From Basidiobolus meristosporus CBS 931.73 (taxonomy: Eukaryota > Fungi > Basidiobolomycota), in NCBI GenBank assembly GCA_002104905.1, contig MCFE01000468.1:1-64000 (forward strand): a DNA stretch of 64,000 bases, written 5' to 3'. Under the pieces are notes generated by a model. That model made no database searches, had not been told where the DNA came from, and was given only the letters and a program-made list of their open reading frames with translations. Numbering within the stretch: the first letter of the stretch is position 1; every line of letters starts with the position of its first letter. The position numbers were made by a program, and so were the translations under genes. Shown piece after piece: positions 24,482-37,588 of this stretch.

Positions 24482-25435
24482 CTAATGCTCCAGAAACATT
24501 TCTCTCAGTGTGTGTCTTCTTGTATGAATGTACTGTGCATTGATAAGTATCTTAACTATTTTACCTATTCTGCTGTTTTCTCTTATATATGACTTTCCTC
24601 TGCATTTACCTGCCAGTATGCTGAATCTCTTTAGATATCCAAATGTATGATCTACCCTCACTCTGATATGATTAAATATCTGATTGTAGAGCTTCTGCTT
24701 CCTGCTAAGCACACCATTCCTTGGCTTCCTATAAGCCACAGTACATCCTAATCTCTGAAAATCCTCTCCTATATAAGCTAAGTATGCCATACATTTCTCC
24801 CCTGTACTGAATTTGGGATGATTCTCTACCCAGAGTGCTTTGTCATGCCTACTTCCAGCAAATGACCCACTAAGCCAGATGATGATACCCTCAATGTCAG
24901 ACAGTGCTTCAAACTTCACATAGTGTGCCTTGTGTGTACCAGAACAAAAGCTCCTCTGCCATCTAGAAGGTCTGTTAATCCTGACTGGGAAGGTATCCAA
25001 AATACTCCTTATGTGGAACCTGTTGCTGAACACTCTGGGATACAGATATCTATTGGAGCTTCTGAATCTAGTACTCCATGATTGCTCTAAGTCATTCATG
25101 TCCTCTGCAAGGTGGTTCTCCATTGCTGTCAGCTGGGAATGAAAGCTTCTAGAACTTTTGTTGCCATGGGCAGTGGGATAAAACCTTGTGAGGCAATAGT
25201 TCTTGCAATAGCAGAGAAGCTTAACAAGGGATCTCCTTCAGTAGATTGGGGTAGATGGTCCACAGTTCTTGGTATAGATTTCTGCTAGTGTGTCAAAAAG
25301 AAATGCAGTGGTAGTGATGGGATTGATGTGAAAAGACCAATCAGATGAGTAAGTCATATTAGAACTGGTAGATGATTGGGCTGAGGTGACTTGAATTGAT
25401 TTGGCACAATCAGCTTTATCTATCTGCTCTTCCAT
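24482..25435 (-). pseudogene. DDE transposase (DDE_Tnp_4, IS5/Harbinger-like), copy A
   Basis: ILDTFPVRINRP...SG.HK.H.VK...SDIEG...GSRHD...MA(Y)LAYIG...RVRV(D)HTFGYLKRF. One in-frame stop at 25238-25240; second catalytic D and the E are substituted relative to copy B. Confidence 0.88.
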
Positions 25436-25716
25436 GCATTATGATTAAATCTCCATCAATTGCCATGTATCCCATCATTATGTTGCAAAAATCATCCTCA
25501 AACAACAACTTGGTATTTTTATTTATGTTTTACTCACAAGTCTACAGTCAAATAGGAAATCTGCAATTGATGTCATCTGATCTGTGTCAATGCAATCCAA
25601 GATGCATCATGCATAATATATAGAAAATTTAACAATCACATAAGTTTTCTTATGTACTTCATAGAAGACCAGGTTGCTGCCAATACACTACTGTATAAGT
25701 ATCCAAATCTGTTACT

Positions 25717-26780
25717 ATGGTCCCTATACCAAGTCTCAACTCATGTTTAGCACAACACATACAAAACCCATTCCCCAGCTCACAAGCGCGGTCTGGACCG
25801 GAAAAACTGATGTTTGATCCATTTGAGTTCTTGCCAAATGATTTCAGTATGGCCCAAGTGTCTATGATGAGCCTTCATACAGATATTTGGGTACTCTTCA
25901 TTAATCTAGCAGAACTAGATACCTTGGAGAGTTGACAGAGATGGAAGAACCTGAGTAGAAAGCTGTGGCATGAGTTCTACTTCAAGATGCCAGCAGATGT
26001 ATGTAAGAAGATATATAACAAGACCAGTTTTGAAATCAGGAATGAGCTGAGAGTGAAGGGATTTGATGAGGAAGCCACATGGGAGCAATTTTGCATGCAG
26101 TTTGCTCTGTAGGGCTGGATGAATCCATTTGTGCCTTGAATTTGGGAACCAAAGAGATTTTGAATCAGTTTTTGCCTCAAATGACTAAGGTATTATGTGA
26201 TATATTAGTAGAGCTAAGTGGCTTCCAAGAGCAATATACTCAGGACTGATCCAGGCAACAGTTTCAAAGTATCAGACAGAGGGTAAGTGAATACCTTGAG
26301 GAATCAGAAGGTGAGCTTCAAGCCAAAGAATACAGACCATTAGCAACAGCATCTAGATCACGCCAGCTTGCCTTGCTGGATTCCTTACCATCTCTTGCAA
26401 CTTCAGTATCCTGGCTCATGTCAGACCAAACTACACAAACACCCCTCACAAGAGCACCCTGCATTGAGTCAATGTGTGTTGGGTCAATGCATGCGCTTCA
26501 TAGCAAAACCACCAGAACTTGCCAAATTGCTCATTTAGACACAAATCCATTGGAGTGGGCCAAGTAGCATTAACAAGCAGCATCACATCAAACTCAGCCA
26601 TGGGCCATGCCAGCACATCAAGTTGCATCTGCACATGCCATTACACCTGACCATCAGCAAGTTTCTTCTGGTGAACTGACTAATAATGACCCACAGGAAG
26701 TGCCTCCACCACCAGAGCCTTTGGCAAGTAAAGGAACACATCAGCACATAGCACTGCAGGCCAGCTCAGTTGCATCATCT
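25717..26780 (+). pseudogene. ORF2 of the PHIS element (unknown function), divergent from the transposase, copy A
   Basis: Reading frame with a few stops (..RWKNLSRKLWHEFYFKMPADVCKKIYNK..); conserved in three copies. Confidence 0.7.
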
Positions 26781-26789
26781 GGAGTGATT

Positions 26790-28032
26790 TGTTGTGTTGT
26801 ATTATGATTAGTTTGGGGCTTGTTCTACAATGTAGAGGCTAATCAACAATATACAACAACTTCCAGTATACTAATACTGAAATAGTTTATTTGGAGTTTG
26901 ATATACCAATAGAAGATATAACTTTCACTAATTTCCTCAATCTTAGGCTCAAAATATACTGTAGGCAGTGTTTATCACTTCTACAGCAGTGTTCTGACCT
27001 TCTGTTGACTAATGGGCTTATTTACTTTTATAGTAACTTTTCCTTATTTGGAAGTCACTTTCCTTTCTGAGAAAATATTTCCTAATATGGAAATTCTGAG
27101 CTCCCCTCTAACCTAAAGGGGTGTGTTGTAGAAGTCTCTAAAGGGGTCTTTAGACCTAAAGGGGTGTCTAAAGGGGTGTCTTTAGAGTAAAGGGGCTTCT
27201 TGTAGTGGTCTCTAAAGTGGATTTTACACTAAAGGGGTGCCTAAAGGGGCTTCTTCAGAGTAAAGGGGTTTCTTAAAGGGGTCTCTAAAGGGGTCTTTAG
27301 ACTAAAGGGGTGTCTAAAGGGGTCTCTTTAGAGTAAAGGGGCTTCTTAGAGGGGACTTTTCCTACAGAAAAGTGGTAGTTTCTTGTAGAACTTAGATTGG
27401 ATTCTTGTGAGCTTTGCAGTCTCTTTACTGATGTAGTACCAATCAAAGTCAGAATACTCAACAGTGCAAGTGATGCAGGGGAAGTCTTATAACCTTTAAA
27501 CTTGTAATTGTAGTGTGGAGATTCTGGAAAGAGAGGCTCTTCCTTTATTTTTCAGCTGGGGAAGTCATATATATGAAAATTTTGAAGGATCAAAGTTTTT
27601 GGGCGATTGCACAAGCAATACATGTGATACAAAGCCAAAATTTTGCAGTGGCGCAGATCGGATATAGGCGCAGCACCTGTGAAAATTTCACGTGATTTAA
27701 TTGGCCGGTTCGAAAGTTACATGCAATCAAAGTCACCATAGTATTCCTAGCAATAAGGCATAGTATATATAATTGTTGGACTCTTTTGGGCATAACTCCT
27801 TAAGTACTGCTTCAAATGAGCTGTAATTTGAAACATGTGTTGGCTACTATGTGTTCTGTATGACATAATATTCTTGGGTGGATTGCTTGTCAGGGTCTGG
27901 AGCATTTATTCATCAAAGTTGGAAATTCTTGATCTTTCACTTGTGTGTTACAATAGCAAAAAGCAAAATAAAGAAATGAGTGCAATATTGGTTTAGAGAT
28001 ATTTTAGTAATGGAATACTTTCCATTACCACA
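26790..28032. mobile_element. Solo LTR (1243 bp), TG...CA, 4-bp TSD GATT
   Basis: gatt|TGTTGTG...TACCACA|gatt; the flanks rejoin to match the uninterrupted arm near 23470-23520; direct repeat of 42890-44117. Confidence 0.88.
27113..27356 (+). repeat. TAAAGGGG-based minisatellite inside the solo LTR
   Basis: Repeated ctaaaggggt(g/c)t and gtaaaggggcttct units. Confidence 0.85.
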
Positions 28033-31000
28033 GATTCAGCGTGGCCAAGCTGCAGCATTGCATGCATCAACTTGGAGGCAAAATACTGACTACAAATACA
28101 CAAGTAGCCAAGAGGATAATCAACAAGAAAGTAGTTTAGGTGTGTACAGTGAATCACCACCTAATGCTTCAGTAGTAATACCTGTGAGAAAAAACCCTAG
28201 GAGAAGATGATGCAATTGCATTGAATTGCCATCAGTTGTAATGATCCAAACAACACATTTTTTTTGCAATCAGCATCAAGCCATTGCAAATCAGTGATCA
28301 CTAAATTTTTGATATAAGCAATACCAAGGTTTTCTCACATTTGAGACAGGACCTCAATAAATAAACACCCTGCATATGTATACATCATCTGTGGCACCAG
28401 TGCAGTCATTTGATCTGATTTGCACTGATACAATTGGTTGTGTGCTTGCTATGACACCTTGTCCAATCACTAAGATTAGGAATTTACTTGCATAATGGGC
28501 AAAATGGGATATTTAATGGCAAATCAGGTAGCTTGTGTATTGGTCAAAGAGCCAATTGGGGGCTGACAGCTTTGGGAAACTTTTGGACCAATCAACCACT
28601 GAGATACCATTCAATTGGAGTGATGGTAACTAAAATGGTAAGTATCAGTGTAGTTTATATTGTGATATGCATTTATTTCCATTTACATTAAAAAAACATA
28701 TCCAAATATCAGATTTTACATACCATAATAGCAATATCAGATTGTACACATGATGCAAATGTTACAAGTTGGTGCAATCATTTGTGTCAACCTCATTGTG
28801 TGAGATTGTCCCACATGGTGCAAAATTGTCCAAGAGCAATCCTGCCTACTGGTAGCTACAATATTGCTCCCAGATGTTCTTGGAGACTGCAGATTGCATT
28901 GTGCACCCTGGTACGGTATGATGGAACAAGTCTATACACTTACTCTCTGTTTGTGACTTTCAGACTGTTGCCTTGATATGTCCTGTGTATATTACCCTTG
29001 AAAGCCACTTAACCACACTAATACATCATGGAGTACATTGATCATTTGAGGCCAAACTCATTCAGAATCTCCTTGATTCCCAAAGTTGAGCATCCAGTCC
29101 ATACTGCGCAAATTGCGTGTGGAATTGTTTGCATGCTGCTCCCTCATCAAATCCCCTCACTCTCAGCGCATTCTGGATTTCAATACTTGTCTTGTTGAAT
29201 ATCTTCTTACAAACATCTGCAGGCATTGTGAAGTGAAATTCATGCCCCTGCTTTCTACTCAAGTTCTTCAATATCTGTTTACTATCTAAGGTATCCAGTT
29301 TGGCTAGATTAATGGGTGTTGTGCATCAACATTTGAAACTTTGCCCATTTTGTACCAATTAGAAAATCTAGTACCCTGACTGATTTCTCTAAGCCAAATA
29401 TAACTAATCCCAGTCATGATGTGTTTTATTTGATCACATAATCTAAATTTAGCTGTAACAACTGATCATTTCTTAGGTGGCCATTGAATTTTCAACTTAT
29501 CTGCCAAGCCTCCTGGTGATTATTCATCTGAGATCTATCTAACCACTAAGCAGTTGCCAAGACATCACCTTATTCATGATGCAAATTTTCATTACCATAT
29601 GTACCTATCAACACCCCAACAGATTTAAATTACTCCAGTTACTTGGTGCTTACTAATACAGCTTAATCAAAAAAAGTATAAATAAAGCTTACTGAACCTT
29701 TTGGCTTAGTGGGTGTCTCAACAAATTTGAGATTGTGCCTTAGCAAAAATAAGAAATCAACAACTGCATTGAAGCTTCTACCCAAGCTTGGAATATATAG
29801 CATTCCCAAGAACACCAAGCCTAGCCTGCATAGCAAGTCAACTCTGTTGCCTTTATAGCCAAACTCAGCTATAATCAAGACCAATATTGGTTCAGAGCCT
29901 CTCTGGTAATACTTCCCCACTCTCTGACAATTCAAAGATTCTGCACTTAGTTGTCACTTAGGTTAAGTTACACCATTCAGGAGTTTTATTACATTCTTCT
30001 CTTGGATACAACATTTTTTTCCCTGAATTCCATTACATTCCACTGATTTACAATATGTCCTCTGCAGCAAGTAATCCAGATCTTTCCATGTTGAAAGAAG
30101 CTCAGAGAAATCAGCAAGAGCTTACTGAGCAGCTCCAGAACATCATGTGTGAAAGAGACCCCTTAATGCTTGAGCACTCAAAGCTTGCCAAGACAAGATT
30201 GCACTTTTATTGCAGAGATGAGCTCTTTGAAGTTATTTCTGGTTACCAAGATGAAAATGGAACAATCAAAGAAGCTCTGGAGAATATTGCTATAGTAATT
30301 GACAGCATTGGAAATCCACCAAGCCTTGCTCTGCATCAGCTGCCAAAAAGTCATACCTTTGAATCCTCCAGATCTACATCTCCCTCTAGACCTGCCCCAG
30401 TAGGTGTCCCAAGATCCTTGCCTTGTTATGCTAAAGGAGGCAATGCAATCAAGAATCCTACTGAGCATCTTTACAAATTTAGTCATATCTTAGCTGCACA
30501 CCAGCTAGAGCTTAACACCAAATGGGCTAAGCCTCTGCCTCTCTGCTTCCCCATGCAAGACACTACTGGGTTGAAGTGAATATCTTCCAATAGTAGATGG
30601 AAAATTCCCCAAAGCCACATTTGCAGCCATTTTCAAGATTCCCTCAGGAAAGCACATCTGAACTGCAACTCATGGAAAATTAAAATGTAAAAGGGTGAAT
30701 CTGTGCAACACTTCTGTAATAGATTCCAGAGACAAATGAAATTAGCTGGTGTTAGTGATGATAATCCATTGCTTACTTCTCCTTTTCATTGGGACTTATC
30801 ACACAAGCTACAGAGCACTATTGCTATTGTCAAAGCATGCAACCCTGCATGTACTTATGACAAAACCTCAGAGATATGTATACTTGCAATCACCATGACT
30901 GCAGCTGTAAGCCAGGCTTCAAGAAACTCCACTCAAGATCTAGCAACAACTGGAAAAGAAAGCAGTCATGTAACCAAGTAGAAGTCTACTGTTACCCAGC

Positions 31001-31621
31001 ATTGTGAGCTTCATGGAAGATGCCACTTTTCCACTAGTGAATGCTAAGGCATAACTAAGCTGTCAAACAAGTCAGGAAACACCTCCAAGAAGCAGCAAAG
31101 CACCAAAATGGATAATCTATATGCTGATGACAAATGCTTTAAATGTGGAAAGATGGGACATTGTTCACCTCCTTGTCCTTAGAAGAACTCTATATCATCA
31201 GCAAAAATTACTCAGATCCAAGATGATTATTCAGCTGATGAAATGACAGGGTGTGAAGAAGCATATGAAGAACTTACAGTTCAAGATTATCACAACCTCT
31301 TTGAACTAGAATTACAACTGTCCATGAAAAGAAGCAACCAATCACACAGCTAAAAGCTATAAAGGTGCAACTTAACCTCAATGGCCAATCATACGTAGCA
31401 CTACTGGACACTGGATCATCCAATTCTATTGTACCACCAAATGTAGTCAAAAACTCAAATTGGAAATAGAAAAACAACCTGGAAAATCACACTTGCAGTT
31501 AAGGACCTTGCAGCCCCAAGAATTGGTATCACCATCCCAATCAAAATATATTAGGGCTCAGTAACATATAATCCATCAAATGGAAGTTTTGGACATTCCA
31601 GATGAACCTCAGGTAGTCATT

Positions 31622-34257
31622 GGACCTGTTCCATTGAACTGCTCCAGGGCATGCAGCTCAATCTGTAGTCTCTAAGAGCAATTGGGTGCAATATTATAGC
31701 TACCAGTGGGCAGGATTGCTCTTAGACAATTTTGCACCATGTGGGACAATCTTGCACACTATGGCACAATCTGACACAATGAGGTTGGCACAAATCATTG
31801 CACCAACTCATAATGTTTGCATCATATGGCTTTGGTGGTGGAGGTACTTCATGTGGGTCATCTTCAGTCAGTTTACCAGAAGAAACTTGCTGATGGCCAG
31901 GTGTAATGTAATGTCCAGATGCCACTTGATGTGCTGGCATGGCCCTTGACTGAGTTTGAGCTGATGCCGCTTGTTAACGCAACTTGGCCTGCTCCAATAG
32001 ACTTGTGTCTAAATGAGCAGTTTGGCAAGTTCTGGTGGTTTTGCCCTGAAGCGTGTGCGTTGACCCAACATGTGTTGACTCAATGCAGGGTGCTCTTGTG
32101 AAGGGTGTTGGCATAGTTGGACTGACATGCGCCGGCGTGTTGAAGTTGCAAGGGATGGCAAGGAATCCAGCAAGGCAAGCTGGCATGATCTAGATGCTGT
32201 TGCTTGCAGTTTGTATTCTTCCTCTTGAAGCTCATCTTGTGATTCCTCAAGGTATTCACTTACCCTCTGTCTTATACTTTTGAATTGCTGCCTGGATGAG
32301 TCCTGTGTATATTGCTCTTGGAAGCCACTTAGCTCTACTAATATATCACATAATACATTAGTCATTTGAGGCAAAAACTGATTCAAAATCTCTTTGGTTC
32401 CCAAAGTCAAGGCACAAATGGATGCGTCCAACCTGTACTGAGCAAACTGCGTGCAAAATTGCTCCCACATGGCTTCCTCTTCAAATTGCCTCACTCTCAG
32501 CTCATTCTTGATTTTGATACTTGTCTATGTATATATCTTCCAACATACATCTGCTGGCATCTTGATGTAGAACTCATGCCACAGATTTCTACGCAGGTTC
32601 TTCCATCTCTGTTGACTCTCCAAGGTATTGGGTTCTGCTAGAATAATGAGTAGTGCCCAAATATATGTATGAAGGCTCATCATAGACACTTGGGCCATAC
32701 TGAAATCATTTGGCAAGAACTCAAATGGATCAAACATCAACTTTTCTGGTCCGGACCAAACCTGTGAGCTGGGGGATGGGTTTTGCATGGGTTGGGCTAA
32801 ACATGAGTTGAGACTTGGTATAGGGACCATAGTGACGGATTTGGAAACTTATACAGTAGTGTATTGGCAGCAACCTGGTCTTCTATGAAATACATATGAA
32901 AACTAATGTGATTGTTGAATTTTCTATATATTATGCATGATGCATCTTGGATTGCATTGACAAGGATCAGCTGACATCAATTGCAGATTTCCTATTTGAT
33001 CACAGAATTGTGAGTAAAACATAAATAAAAATACCAGGTCATTGTTTGAGGATGATTTTTGAAACATAATGATGGGATACATGGCAATTGATGGAGATTT
33101 AATCATAATACATGGAAAACCAGATAAATAAAGCCAATTGTGCCAAATTGATTCAAATCACCTCATCCCAATCAACTACCAATTAAATATGACTTACTCA
33201 TCTGAATGGTCTTTTTTCATCAATCCCAATGCTACCACTGGATTTACTTTTGACACACTGGAGGAGAAACATACCCAGTACTGTGGACCATCTACCCCAA
33301 TCTACTCAAGGAGATCCCTTGTTGAGCTTCTCTGCTATTACAAGAACTATTGCCCTACAAGGTTTCATCCCACCATCCATGGCAACAAAAGTCCTAGAAG
33401 CTTTTATTCCTAGCTGACAGCAATGGAGTACCACCTTGCAGAGGGAATGAATGACTTAGAGCAAGCTTAGAGTAGTAGGTTCAGAAGCTCCAATAGACTT
33501 CCATATCACAGAGTGTTCAGCAACTGGTTGAATATAAGTAGCATTTTGGATACCTTCCCAGTCAGGATTAACAAATCTTCTAGAGGGCAGAGGCACTTCA
33601 TATTCTGGCAAGTACAAGGCACACTGTGTGAAGCTTCAAGTACTCTCTGACATTGAGGGTAACATCATCTGTTTTAGTGGGCCATTTGATGGAAGTAGGC
33701 ATGACAAAGCAATCTGGATAGAGAAGCATCCAGAACTCAGTAGAGGGGAGAAATGTATGGCAGACTTAGCTTATATAGGAGAGGATTGTCAGAGATTAGG
33801 ATTTACTATGGCTTATAGGAAGCCAAGGAATGGTGTGCTTAGCAGAAAGCAGAAGCTCTACAATCAGATATTTAATCATTTCAGAGTGAGGGTGGAGTAT
33901 ACATTTGGATACCTAACAAGATTCAGCATATTGGAAAGTAAATACAGAGGAAAGCTGTATATAAGAGAAAACAGCAGAATAGGTGAAATAGTTAAGATAC
34001 TTATCAATGCATAGTACATTCATTCGTGAAGACATCCACTGAAAGAAATGTGTATGGAGCATTATGAAGAGTAAACAAAGCAAGGAAAGCACTACTCTGA
34101 GCAACATAAGTGAGATTGAGTGAAATTACCAGTAACTATATCCTACCACTGGCATTATGGCAGAGATTAAAGTGCCAGATGGTGCCTTAGAGTGCCAGAT
34201 TGATCCAGCACTATAAACAGGCTGGCACTATGTGGCACTATCCAACAGAACAAGTCT
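31622..34257. mobile_element. PHIS-type DNA transposon, copy B (ORF2-side arm internally deleted), perfect ATT TSD
   Basis: att|GGACCTGTTCCATTG ... CAGAACAAGTCT|att. Removing it restores the protease frame DIPDEPQVVIGVETFSKL. ORF2 on minus ~31830-32830. Confidence 0.88.
33112..34014 (+). pseudogene. DDE_Tnp_4 transposase, copy B (stops/frameshifts)
   Basis: ILDTFP, GSRHD, MADLAYIG and RVRVEYTFG: catalytic D-D-E residues are retained here. Confidence 0.85.
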
Positions 34258-37200
34258 ATTGGTGTAGAGACCTTCTCTAAACTTGTCTCTCATATAGTCA
34301 GACTACCAGGTTTCTATCCTGATATCACTATAACTTAGCCACCTGTAGTGGATCAGATTCCAAAATTATCTCATCCTAACCAAGAGAAGTAAATACTACC
34401 CCAACTTTTCAAACATATCCTCAATCAGTCAGAAACCAAGCCAGCTCAAGGAACAGTTTCCGCACTATTCCAGAATTGACTATTATACTAGTAGCACTAC
34501 CTGGAGAGTCAACATAGAGGAAACAATTCCTAATCCTGCATTCCTGTCAGCACTTAGTAGCTGAAATAGTCCAATAATGGGCTGACAATGGGATTATCAC
34601 TCAAGCCCCTGTTGACACAACATTCAACAGCCCCTTGATACTTGTACATTAGAAGGATACTGACAGGAATTCAACTCTGAAGAGACCCTGTTTGAACCCC
34701 AGACCTCTGAACAAACTTCTCCAATATGACAAATTCACAATCCCAATAGTCCAGGATATCTTTTCCTCACTATCAGGAGCAGGAGTATTCTCCAAGTTGG
34801 ACCTGTAGGATGCATATCATTGTTTCCAGATTCATTCTGATCATCCGCATTAGATTGCCTTTACTTGGAATGATATGCAATGGATGTTACAGGGAGCTCC
34901 CTTTGGCCTAAAGACACACACCAGCCAGTTTCAGAGAGGTATAACCATAATGCTCAAATATGCACCAAATGCCTTAGTATTTGTTGATGACATCATCATA
35001 CTCTGCACAAACTGTGATACTCATTTAACTCATGTCACTGATGGAACAAACAGATTTCCAGCTGATAGACTGATTCTCTATGCTCAAAAGTGCAGTTTTG
35101 CTTGCCACAAAATCAACATGCCTGGATTCATAGTTATACCAGCTGGCCACCAGTTAGACCATTTTAAATTGGTCAATACTCCTGAATAGTCAAAAACCAT
35201 CAGCACTAAGCAACTCTGATATTATCATGCAGTATTTGACTATTTCATGGAACTCATACTACTCATCTCCTTATTGAGTGCCCCTTTAGATGCATTATTG
35301 CACAGCCCTGATCTTCCCTCAGCCAGGAACAAGATTCATGACTAGCCCTTTGAGTTACTCTGCTGACTACTTCCACAAGCACCCATCTTATTCTACCCAG
35401 ACTTTACTAAACCCTTCATTTTTGCTACAGATGTGTCCAATGTTTGGCTAGGAGCAATCCTCTTTCAGAATGCAGAGCAAAATCCACCTCACTGGACTTC
35501 TTTCCAAAAAAAATCCAAACAACATGCTGGGAGAAGCTAGTCTGCCACCAAGAAGGAGTTACTTCCCATAGTCTTTGTCTTGAAGAAGTTTCATCATTAC
35601 CTACAAGATATCCATTTTACATTGTAAGCTGACCATTAAGCACTTGCTTACATCCACACCCAAAAGACTCTGACTACCATGCTTACCAACTGGCTGGATA
35701 CCCTACTTGATTACAAATATAAATTATTCACAGCCCAGGAATTTTCAACATCCTGCCTGACTACCTTTCAAGACTTCACCAACTTCACATTGGGAGGGAC
35801 ATGTAAATACTGACATAATCAGTAAACTCAGAACAACTGCTGAATTAATTCCTCAGCTAGATTCAGTAATTTGGAAAATCCCACCTGCAGATGAAAGAAA
35901 ACGTTGCTACAGAGGAGTCATTTACTTGACCAATTTGGAGCTGACACACTTATAAGGAAGCTACACTCTGATACATATCACTGGGTAAATATCAAAGCTG
36001 ACTGCCTAGATTTGTCAAGTCTTGCCAAGTCTGTGAGCTTTGCAATACCAGCCACCATGGATCTCACGCTTTGAGCCCCATTCATGTAGGCCTTCATACA
36101 GATTATATTTTAATTGATCTAGCTGGACCTTTCACCACTAGTAATCACTACCTCCCTGTAATGTGGATGTCTGCACATGCTTTGTCTTCCTCAAAGCTAT
36201 CCCAGACAAGAATGCTGCCAATATTGCACAGGCACCATTCAAGCTCATCTGCCTCTTTGAATTCCCTAAGGTCATTCAATTGGCTATGGAACAGAATTTG
36301 TGAGACACATTGTCAGAGCTCTTTGCCAGAGTAGTGCCATTTATCACAGTCTAATCACTCTACATCACCCCAAAGCTAATGGACTTGCTGAAAGACAAGC
36401 CCTGACCTCAGTGAATTTCATCAGGAAATCAGTCAAAGGTATCAAGAAGAACTGGAACAAATGCATTGACACTGTACAGTATGCTGTAAACACCAAAATT
36501 GCTGCTCTACATGGATTAATGCCATTTTCTTTAATGTTTAGAAGAAGATTCAAACACCTTGGAGACTACCAGAGTATAGATTATCCAATTTAACAGCTGA
36601 TAAGCTGAAGAGCCAACTTCAGTGCCTTGCCAACATAGTCTACCCTTTCATCAGTTTCAGAAGTAAAGACTACACATATAGATGAACTCAACTTATACCT
36701 CAAGACAAAGGAACAGCAGCTTCCCTGATAGCTCCTATTTATGATGCCAGATTCAACTCAGCAATCTAAACTTGCCTCTAAATATGGAGGCCCATTCAAG
36801 GCTGTCAGATGCACTACTGGAGGAGTTTATGTACTTTGAGACAACATTGGAGCACTGCTATCCAACAACATTCCACCTTCATCACTCAAGGTTATATTTC
36901 ATAGCCCAGTAACTTTAAAGCTCAATGATAGTGATGCTATTGTTGACCATGATGGAGAAGTACCAAATTGCCTTTATTTAGTCAGGTGGAATGGCTATAA
37001 AGTCAAATATAAGACCTAGGAACCTTACGCCAACTTTGATGATATTACTATTATCAATCAGTATTGGAGCTGCATGGGAACCTAGAAGGTATCAGAAAAC
37101 TCTGTTTGTGGCAGAAAGTGATGTTTTGCATCAACATTTAAGACTTGGCTAATTTCACTAAGTTAGAAAACTTTAGCACCATACCTGATTTTCCCTAATC

Positions 37201-37588
37201 CAAACATAACTAATCACAGAACCTATTTTTGCTGTCACACCTGAGCAATTCTCATGTGGTCATTACATCCTATGCTAAACTTGTCTGTGGGAGGTATGAT
37301 TGCCCTACCACAGTGTAAGTGGGTATAGCAAAAGAATATACCATTTGGTAAATTGGTTCACTAGTGTTATACAGAACTGGCTGTAAGCTGCCATACTGCC
37401 ATTACAATGCCAGCAAAGGTTCTCAACAAGGCCATCAGAACACCATCATGTTTCTTGACATATAAGGCAATTGGATGTATTAGCCAGCTAGGTTGGCTCA
37501 AGTAAATGTAAAACACCTGAATAATGTTAGAATGCCATGCAATGTTGTCAAAAGATTGCTCAAACACCATTGAGGTTTATCCTTTAGT

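Larger units (their letters stand above)
24290..28933. mobile_element. Full-length decayed PHIS-type DNA transposon, copy A
   Basis: Ends AGACTTGTTCCATT (24290) and ATGGAACAAGTCT (28933); flanks att / ata; flanking DNA rejoins as ORF2 of the same family. Contains a solo LTR at 26790-28032. Confidence 0.85.
22580..29316. mobile_element. PHIS-type transposon, outer partial copy (ORF2-side arm and ORF2); interrupted by insertions at ~23905-24220 and 24290-28933, cut by the Gypsy LTR at 29317
   Basis: Terminus att|AGACTGGTTCCATTG at 22580; ORF2 remnants on minus at 23560-23900, 24230-24289 and 28937-29316 match ORF2 of the other copies. Confidence 0.75.
29317..37290 (+). mobile_element. Ty3/Gypsy chromovirus-like LTR retrotransposon (decayed), with a PHIS insertion in the protease
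   Basis: 5' LTR TGTTGTG(29317)...GATACAACA(30013); gag 30055-31200 with CFKCGKMGHC knuckle; protease ALLDTGS (~31400); RT FVDD (~34980); RNase H FATD...KELL; integrase LIDLAGP / ANGLAER; chromodomain YLVRWNGY (~36980); diverged, truncated 3' LTR from 37122. Confidence 0.88.

Noticed and set aside
27113-27356. TAAAGGGG array as CRISPR or telomere
   Set aside because: No unique spacers or cas genes; units are degenerate and internal to an LTR with its own TSD.
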